Assembly (NCBI GenBank): GCA_051362555.1
Contig: CM120640.1
Coordinates: 10,416,001 to 10,480,000, forward strand
Source: Lingula anatina
Taxonomy: Eukaryota > Animalia > Brachiopoda
Direction: 5' to 3'
Length of the DNA: 64,000 nt
Shown: one piece after another, positions 53,451 to 64,000 of the stretch
How the letters are laid out: every line of letters begins with the position of its first letter
Position numbering within the stretch: position 1 is the stretch's first letter
Made by a program: the position numbers and the translations under genes
The notes under the pieces: model-generated
Database searches by the model: none
What the model saw: only the letters and a program-made list of their open reading frames with translations
What the model was told of the DNA's origin: nothing

Positions 53451-55058
53451 AAGAAAAAAAAAGGTTCACTAGCTTGGTAATGAATTAGATTGTAATTGTT
53501 TAGTAAGAAACTAATATTTTTTATACTTACTGATACGTGTTTGTAAAATGAAGCGCAATCTGTAAGTATCAAAAAGGATTAGATTGTAAAAGACCATTTG
53601 TAACCTAGCTACCAATACTACCGGTAGTGGCAAAAATTACAAATGTTATTGTTAGACAAAGTTGGGCTACTTGAAAAATTAACTCTATATCAGTAGCTAA
53701 AGTGATATTGTTCTCTACAGTTAAATGTGATATTGGAAAGGGTATAACAACCATCGTTTGAGACATACAGTAAATATCTCTATGTGCAATGTGATATCCA
53801 TGCTACATTTGCTCAACGAGCTTTATGGACACTGACTAAACCTTGAGGAACACATGGTCTTACGTTTGATGTTGAAAACGATATATTTTCAAAGTTAACC
53901 AGTTTTGAATGATTCCATTCACAGAAATAAATTTATATTTTTCAAAATAAATATTGCTTTATTTCATTCAATATTTTGTCAATAACAATATTTGTAAAAA
54001 AATAACTTAATATTTGTGATCCAAACCAAATAATGTTTAAATAAAATAGAAGAGAATAAAGAATAATCAATTAAACCATTAATTCAATCTTGACAAGTAT
54101 TTGGTATTATAATCATTCATTTAAATAGCAAAAATGACTATATACATTTGTAAAATCGGAGCTTTTTCAGGGTTTTTGAATGACCAGTTTCCACTAGTTA
54201 CAGCCAAAAAAAAAAATTTTATTATTCCATCAAGCACAACCCCAAAACGTTTTAATTCTAATTCAGTGTGTGTAAAATATACTGAAATTAAAAAAAAAAC
54301 CAAATTAATCCAAAACATGTCTGTACACAATGTCTCAAATAAAAACATTATAGATAATATACAACTGTAGAGTATGAAAAAAAATTTTTTACTGCTTTTA
54401 TATGAGAAGCAAAGGTCTATCATAGTTGGTCTGTACATTGTTCATCAATTCCTGTTCACCTTGATTATCATAGTTATGCCATTTTTTCTTTAAATCATCA
54501 AAGTTTGATATGAGATAATATACCATAAATGATAATTGTAGAATATTCTGTAATCATGTTCTTGGTTTTTTAAGCAGCTACTCTTTTTTTTTTAAATCAA
54601 AAATTCTTTGGTTCAAACAGATAAGGACGGCAATGAAAATATCAAAAAGATTTTTTCAAAAACACAAATATCCAATGAGTACATATATCCTTAGATTAAC
54701 ACTCTAGATCTAGTTGAAAAAAAACATAACAGATATAAAAGTCATTCTCTGGCCACAAGAAAATAACCCTGCCTTAAAAAGAGTTGTAAGAAAGACATGA
54801 AGATATGTAAAATATAACAAGTTGATTGTATGCTGCATAAAATATTGAATAATATTTTCTCATTTTGAACATAAATATCCAATAAATTAAGTTAAAATAC
54901 CTTAATTTAAAATGAGTGATTTGAATTGTTCTAAACATACATGAAAATATCAATTTTTATGGAAGAAGTTGTTCTGGTTGACCAAGCAACAGCAGTTGTC
55001 CCTTCTATTAATCCATTCACAACCAAACCATCACAAGTGAATTTACTCTTATACATAA

Positions 55059-58000
55059 CTACTTGAGATCTGCCAAGTGAGCCTCACCAAGCAGTTTTGC
55101 TCCATTTATGCCCCTAACAGTCACCTTGCTGGGTCTCACCAGTAACCCATGATTCATTTTACAGTGAAAATATCTTTTTCCATTGACAACTCCATCATTC
55201 TTGCCCTTGGGTGTTCTTAGTTCAACGCCAAGCCAGACACCATCAGCAAAATCTGTTGGACCAATGTAGCGAATGATGCCTGAAACAAAAGTTAAGACCA
55301 ATAAATGTAACCAGTGTTAAAAAGTCTTTCAGCATATCATATCATATCTGCAAACATGATTTTGGATTCAGCTTTTTAGTTAATATCATGTCAAATCTAT
55401 TCCGTGATCACAAAGAATAATGAAAAATGTATATGACTAATGAAATATTTTGACATCAATGAACACAAATTCTATTGCTAAATGAAAATACCTAGTTCAT
55501 TGTTGCAGAAGACACTCATTCCTTCTGTCAGACGAAATTCCCCTGTTGTTGCGTTGTTTAGAGATACTCTCTTTTGTGTACCTGCACTTCGGGGACTAAA
55601 TAAAAAATAAACATAGACATAATCTTCACTTTAAAATTAAACCATACATCTTAAAGTATCCATTTTATCCTAAGTGTTTGAAAATGTAACATCCTTCAAT
55701 GGTCTTTATTCTTTATGTCACAAAGCTAAATTAATTACAGCAATATTTTCTTTTTAATTAAAATTTTTCATAACAGCAGCATTAAAAAATGTCTCAGAGA
55801 GCAATTTAACTGCCAAGTGATTTCTGAAGTCTATCTCAAATGTGTACTCAGTTGACTGAAACAGATGCTAAATAACCATTATCAGCTAAATAAGTGCCTC
55901 CAATCTAAATACACCAAGCTTTATAAATGCTTTATTAAAAATCAAATTCTGTTATAGTTATATGAAATGGGTTATCTCACAACATTACTAAGAAGTGCAC
56001 TCAACAAGGTGTCAATTGTTAGTGTGTTTAACTGCTGGGCTCATGGGAAAAGAATGTGGATGAAATATTGCCCTGAATGTGATCAGTTTTGCCTTCTGAT
56101 CAGTAAGCAATATCTGTAGAAATAATGACAGAGTTGTCCATGTCAACCTATATTCAATTTGAACCTAGCCTAATAAAACTATTATTCAATAACCACACCA
56201 AAATAACTTGCAAAAACAAAACAAACTTATATGAGGAATGCAAAACAATATAACAAAACAAACCACACCATCACTGAAAGAAATGGAATATTGAACTTAT
56301 AAAGTTTGTGTATAAGAACGGCTGCAAATGCACTAATGATGACCTCCTGTGCTGGTCTTACCGCTGATACCGAGGACTAAACTTTGATCTAGATGACCTT
56401 GATGACCTTGAAGACCAAGCTGGACTGGACATGCTTTTGTGAGATGAAATAATGAGTAGAGGAGGCAGCACAATACAAGCATAACATGTGGCAGGTTAGT
56501 TGTGACACAACAAATGGCAAAGGGGAAGTAATGAAGATGCTTTTGCAAATAGCATTTCATATCTGCACCATTCAGTGATTCATTTAACTTAAAGCAGTCA
56601 AAATTTGGTGAATTAAAGACACTGGACATACAAAAGCTAATAAATTTTTCAAAGCTGTAGCATTTAGCAGTGTGTCAGCAACACACTGACTTTTACTTTA
56701 AGAAACAGCACTGTTAACAATGTCATGGTAAGAGTAAAATGCTCTGTCTGCAAAACAGACTGCCAACTATTATGACGGACATTTATCTATATATTTATTA
56801 ATATTAAGTTTTTCCTTTTTCACAAAATGAGAAAAGAAACAAAGATATGTATTTCACACAATACTATGTACTAAAGAGAACACAATGACTTTTACTTTTA
56901 CAATATTTAGAAAAAGTGCATCGGCACAAGCACCATACTTTGTAAATTAGTATCTATGCAAAGCAAAACATCTTAGACAAGCAAAATGTGACTAAAGACA
57001 GAACTATATAGTCTTACCGACTAACTGGTGTTCTAGACCTGGGAGTCCCAATACTTGCTATGCTAGACTGGCTGCCACTGCGACTACGTTGACCCTCTTA
57101 AAGAAATATTTTCTCAATATAAATCTGAGGATACACTGTACGTCAACTGAACTTAAACAAAACAAATACATAATCAAATAAAATAACAAAATAGAAATAA
57201 TGAAAAATAACTTCCATTTATTATCACTTACACAAAATACCATATGCTTAAGATTTAATCCATAGCACAACTTAATCAATCCAAGAAATAAAATTTTATT
57301 GCATCTAAACGCATTTAATTTGAAATTACAGCCAGTTATCTATTTGTCAAATGTATTTCTAAGTTACTAGCAATTATGCTTTCAGACCATATAGAAATAT
57401 GCTCACCATTCAGTGCAAAAGTTCCCCCTAAGGAATCCAGTGATTCTGTGGAACCCATGTAGGCTGGAACTCTGAAATAGAAAAATTAAACATAAACCAT
57501 TTCACATATCCAATTTCTTTTTTTTTTTTAACTCGGGATGGGTGAATTTTTTGTATTTTATCATTTATCATTAATTATCATTATGACTTAAAGATACCAA
57601 TGATAACAGTGCAGATTTACATACATAAGTATAAATTTCAGATAATGCATGCAGATTCATAATTTTTACAGAAAGATAATAAGAAATGCTCTAGATATAT
57701 CTAAGTAAATGAATGAATGACTGAAAAAGGTGCAGTTCACATGCAGCATTAAGGGAAAGTATTGAATTTTGTATAAAGGTTTTTGTATAAAAAAACTCAG
57801 CCCTTTGTTTATAAGTGCACTACTGATACAGCATATGACTTATTGTGCAGTTTGACTTTTTTTTACTATTTTGTCAGAAAAAAGTTCATGGCCTACTTTT
57901 GGACCCTGCTACTTGGGGCAAAGACTCCATGCTTTGGCTTGCAAGTGAAGTATCTGTCCCCATTCACCGACCCATCATTCTTCCCTGCTGGCCTGTCCAG

Positions 58001-61000
58001 TTCTATTCCATACCAGGTCCCTAAAATACATGACCATGCAAGTGATGGACTGGGCCTGCACAAATGTGTAAATGTTTCTTTATTATACAAAAAGGTTTAA
58101 ATAGCTGGACATGCCTTGTCAGTTCATCTGTTTCTCATGGCATTCATATGTACATACATGGGCATCAGCAATTAAAATAAGAATGAAAATCAGTTCTGGC
58201 TAATTTTCAAGTACTTTTATCTGTTAACAATGCTGCATTCCATATGTAACACCTATATCACAGTATCAAACTTTTATCCACACCAACATGCAAGCCTGTT
58301 TATGGTTTATAAACATCTGTGCAGTAGAAAACACAAGAAGCCACTGACACCAGATGCAGTCTGCAATGACCTGCAGAAAATCTCTCACCCTGCTACAATA
58401 TTAACCAATGAACATCACATTTACTACTGCCACAACAGAGGGACCATGGCATTGCACACTAACAAAATCAGGAGAATGGCATAATCATAGGTACTGTCCA
58501 CCATGTACAACAGGCATGCTGTGCACACAACTGATGTGATAAAATTCTATGAAGCAAAATGCATGTGGTATACAGTTTCCATTTCCTCTATCACTTCCCA
58601 TGCAAAAAGACATAGTTTATATCCAACAATATATATGTATGTATGAACAATGTGAGGCACAATTGGTATCTCTACTCCAATGTACAGACACATAAAATTA
58701 CCTTTTGGTTCTGTTCGTTTACTTTCATTTGGTTCACCTATATCTATATCTACTGCATACCACACTACAAATGAGTCAATGCATGTAAAATTGCTACATT
58801 GCCCACAAAATAATCACAAAAGATTGAAAATATCAAAACATAGAAATGAAAATGAAATGTCAAGTCTTCTTTCAGTATACTGAAGTTTAACAGTAGATGT
58901 AAAAAAATGAAAAAATCCACTCATTACATAAAGATATAGTTCAGATAAATGTTAGTGTAAGCAAAAGCTGAGGTTAATAAGTGTTCCTGTGGAAACATGA
59001 GAATATAAATAATTTGCATTCAACAACAAATTTCTAACTTCACAAAGAAGAGATTGAATACAACTACCAAAGGCAAGTATGTAACTCTTCTGCAAGGTAC
59101 AAACCAACTGCTTCTTGGTGTTTACTTGTTGAGGTACATTGCCAAGGAAAATTGTATACATTTACCTGGTGCAAACTTGGTTTCTCCAACATATCTGACA
59201 GTGCCCTTTCTCTGTCCTGCCACTATCACCCTGTCATCTAACTCTGCTTCACCTCCTTCTGATGGTGTTCCAGATCTGGACTTGGTCTTTAAGCCTGTAA
59301 ATACATTATAATAAGAGCTTAGTCAATTTGTAATGTTAATAAGACCGTGTCTAGGAATGATGCACATAATAGATACATCAAAGCATTGTGAACCAGCTTC
59401 TGCAGTGTGCCCAACATCAACTGTTACCCGTCATGTCAGACTTACCTGGGTCAAAGTCAGCTGTAACAGTAACACAAGACAATTTGTAAGGGTTGGAAAT
59501 TCATAATGTGTACGTGCATCAATGTATGCATGTATGTATGTATGTATGCATGAGTAAACAAACTTAACCTACATTACACGAGATATTTATCAACAGTATC
59601 TTATGATAAGTCTGGTTTATATAGTTCATAATTACCTGTATCAATCTTAGATGTTACCCTTGACAGATCTGGAGTACCATAGTTGATATTTTTCTTGCCT
59701 GGTGTAAGGCGACCACTTCTTGGAGTGGTAACTCCTGGTTTTGAGATTTTTGAAATTGGTGCAAATATACCTAGTAAAAAAAATAATAGAATTTTCAATC
59801 TTGTATAACCATCCAGTTTTTTCTCAGCTAGATTAAAGTACCAAATAAACTTCCAACCAAAAATACATACATACTGCAATAGGAGTAATTATCCAAAAAT
59901 ATCTAACAGAAATATTTACCATGCTTAGGTGAACACTTGAAATATGAGATTCCTCCTACACTTCCATCATTCTTTCCCTCTGCCTCCTCTAACTCAATAC
60001 CAGCCCAAATCCCTGTGGCAAACTCTGCTGGACCGCAGTATCTTAGGAAGCCAGTCTGAAATCATCAGGCAAAAAACAAAAATTGAAAAGATATAAGGAA
60101 CTTGGCCTGCATTTTAAGACAATAAATAATCTTGGTGGATTTAAAGTAAGTGACAACACTGCTTCCCAGTTACTGTGGCTACGGTGCAAAAGGTTCAGTT
60201 TCCATTCCCACACCACAAATATAGATGATGGAAATCTGTAAAGGATTTACTGTATTTGTATATAAAAACTGGACAATATACAAGTGGTGGACTCTGTAGA
60301 CCACTGTATCTGAGATAGCTAGTTTGAACTTTTTACTGAAATTCCAGTCAAAACCCAAGTGGCATATCCTACTTGACTGGTGCCTAGAGGTAATTTATGA
60401 TGAATAATAAATCATGAAATATTAAAAAATACACCACTAACTTGTCCCATCTTAAATCACAACAGGACTGCAGTGCCACCTATTGTCTATCTCACCTTGA
60501 CTCCTCCTACTACAATCTTATCCCCAATCTTCAATCCCATTGCTTGCAAAGTAACTTTGCTCTGTATGCTGTCATAGTTTGGAGGTGGTAGTTTGGGTAA
60601 TGTGGGCTCTGCCTCCATCAACATCTTCCTTAGCTTCAGTGCTTTCTTCCCTAACTCTTGGTTGCCATCCAGAGAGCTCAGTTCAGGGATACATTCTAGA
60701 CATACAGTTATATAGTTTAAGTTGGGATGTTACATAGATATGATAATTTTTAGCAAAAAAAAAAACTTTGCAATTAACTTTTTGATACTTGCACGAGGAA
60801 AAATGGTCAGATTATGGGCAATTTCAAACTATTTCTCCCACTGTAATATACTGAAATATATTTTTCTTAATCAAAACTTTTATTAATACATATTCCTGCC
60901 AATTTACTTTGAGAGAGTTAAAAAGATGTGTAATTTTGGGGGGATACACTGCATAATGGTCCTCACCAGTATTTTCACTCTAATTTTCAACTTTCAGTGA

Positions 61001-63049
61001 TTGATTGTAATGAACTCTAAACAGCAGTTTAAAGATTAGGTAAAAAAGTGGGTGTAACAAAGTTAAAGTTTCTTCAAAAATAGACAAACAGAGTAATTTG
61101 CACTCTAATATTCCATTGTAACTCTGAGTGCACAACACAGCTAACAAGATTCTTTGATGGTTTACCAACAAATATTTTCCTTGAAAACTAGGTGCACATA
61201 TTGCTACAGAACAAGGTTGCCCTCAGGTGTCCCTACCAATGGCTGTCCTCCCCAGACTGTCCTTAGCCTGAGGATTGGCTCCATGCTCCAGGAGAACACC
61301 AGCAGAGTCCAGGGACAGGTTGGTGGCCGCAACGTGCAGAGGTGTGCCCTGCTCAAACTCTGCACAAAGGTTGTCCACATCTGGAATATGTACGGTAATG
61401 ACTTTAAAATTTCAAACACCACATTTATTCTAACATCTTATTTAGTTTACAAAGATTTATTGTTTTTATTCACTATAATAAAATGCATTTTCTGGTACAG
61501 AGCCAACTTACTTTTATGGTGATGTCTCTTTATTTTGGACTGTTTTAGGTGAATATGTCTGAGTTAAGCAAACACAAGACTGCAAGTATCGGTAATCCAT
61601 GCTTGGAGAAAAAAAAAAAAAAAACACGCACACATACACACACACACACATTACCCAAAGCCTTTGATGCCTCCAGTAATATTTTCACTACAGGTGCCAC
61701 ATCAAAGTAGACTGCATAGTGTAAAGCTGTCATAGCTGTCCAGCGACATCTAATGTTTGTATCTGCCCCTTTGTCCAGCAGGTAGTTGACCACACTGCAG
61801 GCTACCTTGACGTCCCCTATGCCACTTGTCCCTGACTTGGCAGCATAATGAAGCAGGGTCATATCAGTCAAGCCATCATGGTCATTAATGTTGGCTCCCC
61901 TTTTTATAATCTGAATAAAAAAAATTTTTTACATTATTTAAGGTTTATTTTATACAGACAAATAATAATAATAATAATTCAGTTACACTGTATCTCTGTA
62001 GTGAAGCATAATCTTACAAACTGAAATACATGCATACTATCTGTCATTATCAAAGAATTCCATACGTATTATGCCTAAATCTTAATGAAATTCTATGGAT
62101 CGAGGTTGTGAGAACCAAACCAACACCTTGAAGTGACTCACAGCATCCATAATTCAAGATATCACCAGCTGATTTCTTATTTCTCCATTTGTAACTAGAA
62201 ATATTGATATCCATTGTAATACATGTCAGTTTCTATACAGATTTATGTATATGCAAATCTTGATGGTATTCTTTTAACATTTTGCTTATAAAATATCTGC
62301 TCATTTACATATATGTTTTGTACATTTATACTGTACATGCATGCTACATACACAGAAATACATGTAGGTCTGTATGTACAAGGAATTTGCATCCAGTTCA
62401 TACAATAATCATACTTTTTTATTAAGAAAATTAGAAAAAATTGACACTCTGAACATAATACAATGTTACCAACTTTATTTGTCTGTTTAAAAGTAAGTTC
62501 TAGCTACTATACAGAGCACCATACAGTGTATATGGAATTTTATGCTTAGATGTCCTTTCTTTACACCTTTTTTGATGTGTACTAGTAAGTCAAACCCTAC
62601 TTGTTGAAACAACTTGACACTTTTGATACCATTGCAAAGCAGTCAACCATCATAAAATAGAGTGGATTATGCACTTCAAAAAAGTAGGTACATTTTAATA
62701 ATCATATCATGTACAAGAATGCATACAAATGTAGGTATAGTGTTCTAGTATTATACTGCACCTCTTTGATAAACAACTCCACATTCTGTTGTGTTTGCGG
62801 AGTCCATTGTCTGAGAATAGCAAATATCTCTGCTATGGTTGTTGCTGGGTTCATCACCACATCCAGGCACCCTGGACAACTGGGGTCAAAGAATACCATT
62901 TCCTGCTTCTGGCATGCCTCACAGAGTGGGGGCTCCACAGCAGGATGGATCATTGGCTTTTCCCGTGGTGAAATGCAGAAATCATTGTTATTGTCGTTGT
63001 CAGTATCAGCACCATTATCAATGTGCTGGTCTTCGTCTTCAAGGGCCAT
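55059..63049 (-). CDS. CLIP4: CAP-Gly domain-containing linker protein, CLIP4/CLIP3-like (ankyrin repeats + three CAP-Gly domains)
   Basis: Exons 62762-63049, 61655-61910, 61237-61380, 60496-60695, 59920-60055, 59636-59770, 59166-59294, 57897-58020, 57407-57471, 57018-57097, 55492-55595, 55059-55280. N-terminal motif [25 protein letters not shown]. Ankyrins [29 protein letters not shown] and TPLHVAA. Three GKNDG CAP-Gly motifs match the CLIP4 architecture; probably a CLIP3/4 pro-orthologue. Confidence 0.88.
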
Positions 63050-63435
63050 CTCTAGAAAACAAAAAGAAAGAAATATTTTAGAATCAGGTTCACTCATATG
63101 GTAATGCTACTCATAAGAGTTAAGGACCTATCATTTTCAAACACGGAAGACACGTAATGCTCAGCAAAACCGTTGAGTTTGAAAAAGATTGGCGCATAAC
63201 TTACACTCACACGTTAGGTTAAAGTTGATCTAGTTTTGTTGTTTTGCCCATCAGAGTAGATCGACTAACTGTACACTGTTTACAGTACTAGTACTGTACA
63301 TGTACTAGTACAGTAGATACATGGACCTACCACTGCCACTAACATCACTGAGGCTTGAATAGATCATCTTTGCACATTAATTAAGTTTCGTGAAATTGGT
63401 TTACAAATAAAAAGACAATTCATAATAATACTTAC

Positions 63436-63525
63436 ACTACTCAAATATAGAAAATACGTTTATATTTCAACGGAACACACCTGTCGCACATATCAATACA
63501 TTTCAGCCTCGTTATGAATTTCAAA
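63436..63525. promoter_or_regulatory. Very short bidirectional promoter between CLIP and PSMG3
   Basis: CLIP non-coding first-exon donor (GTAAGT on minus) at 63435. YY1-like CAAAATGGCTGCG overlaps the PSMG3 ATG. CpG-retaining patch. Confidence 0.55.
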
Positions 63526-63893
63526 ATGGCTGCGCCCATGCAAAGTTTGCGGCCGTCAAAACAGGTATATTTTTCATATTTTTAACGTAAATTAAGAAAC
63601 AGTAAATATCTAACAATATATATCATAATAATAAATTGTCTTTGTGGATATGAAAAAGTCCAATCAATGTGTTTTTATACTCAGTAACCCACGAAAACGA
63701 ATACGGTTACTCTCAAGGACAACCGATAACGTTAACATACTGTATAATTTGATAGTAAATGTAAATATAAATGGTTTGTCTTCTGTTGCAGGTGGCATTC
63801 AAGATTAATGGGCATCAAACAGATATTTCATGCACAGACTTTCAGAACAGATTGTTTCTTGTTATCACACAGTTACAGAAAATCGGCACTTTG
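63526..63893 (+). CDS. PSMG3: Proteasome assembly chaperone 3, first two exons; continues beyond the right edge
   Basis: Exons 63526-63564 and 63792-63893 give MAAPMQSLRPSKQVAFKINGHQTDISCTDFQNRLFLVITQLQKIGTL, matching the PAC3 N-terminus pattern SKQ..G..T..C..F...lvvvTQ..K.GTL. An in-frame upstream ATG lies at 63514. Not in the ORF track. Confidence 0.8.
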
Positions 63894-64000
63894 GTGTGTG
63901 GCTTGATTATGTACTGTACATTATTTGTTTAATTATCTTTTATGAATTAGAATGTATATTAAAATAACCTAGTGGTAAATCAGCATTAAAAGTTTGAAAT

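Noticed and set aside
50160-53572. Antisense and alternative-frame ORFs over the large NWD exon (similar ones lie over the large ASXL exon)
   Set aside because: Expected shadows of long coding exons; no independent signals.
58270-58440. Further splice-like signals in the CLIP intron (tag|CAGG|gtgaga near 58389; acceptor near 58318)
   Set aside because: They give frameshifts or stops and I could not define a consistent exon; needs RNA data.
1-64000. tRNA, rRNA or snoRNA genes
   Set aside because: None recognisable by eye; small ncRNAs cannot be excluded without a covariance-model search.

Overview
AT-rich, intron-dense animal genomic DNA from an invertebrate bilaterian, probably a lophotrochozoan (inferred from repeat types and gene content). 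The ORF track is not splice-aware, so I rebuilt the gene models by hand from GT/GC-AG junctions and reading phase. Seven genes in order: SETDB1 (-, 5' half, runs off the left edge); a 26/29-kDa-type cathepsin-L-like cysteine protease (+); CCDC178 (-); ASXL/Asx (+); a large NWD1/NWD2-like DUF4062-NACHT-WD40 STAND gene (+); CLIP3/4-like ankyrin + 3 CAP-Gly (-); and the start of PSMG3 (+, runs off the right edge). There are three head-to-head gene pairs with short promoters. Non-autonomous transposons include a Harbinger-like MITE, a Kolobok-like MITE and a Helentron/HINE-like element carrying ~160-bp tandem repeats. I see no wholly new multi-gene system. The most interesting hidden layer is splicing: a 3-nt ASXL microexon, a 15-nt microexon and two frame-preserving cassette exons in CLIP (one splits a CAP-Gly domain), GC-AG introns, and alternative first exons of the NWD gene. 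Also notable are the CCDC178-ASXL head-to-head linkage matching the human CCDC178-ASXL3 locus and a sharp CpG-rich/CpG-poor mosaic.
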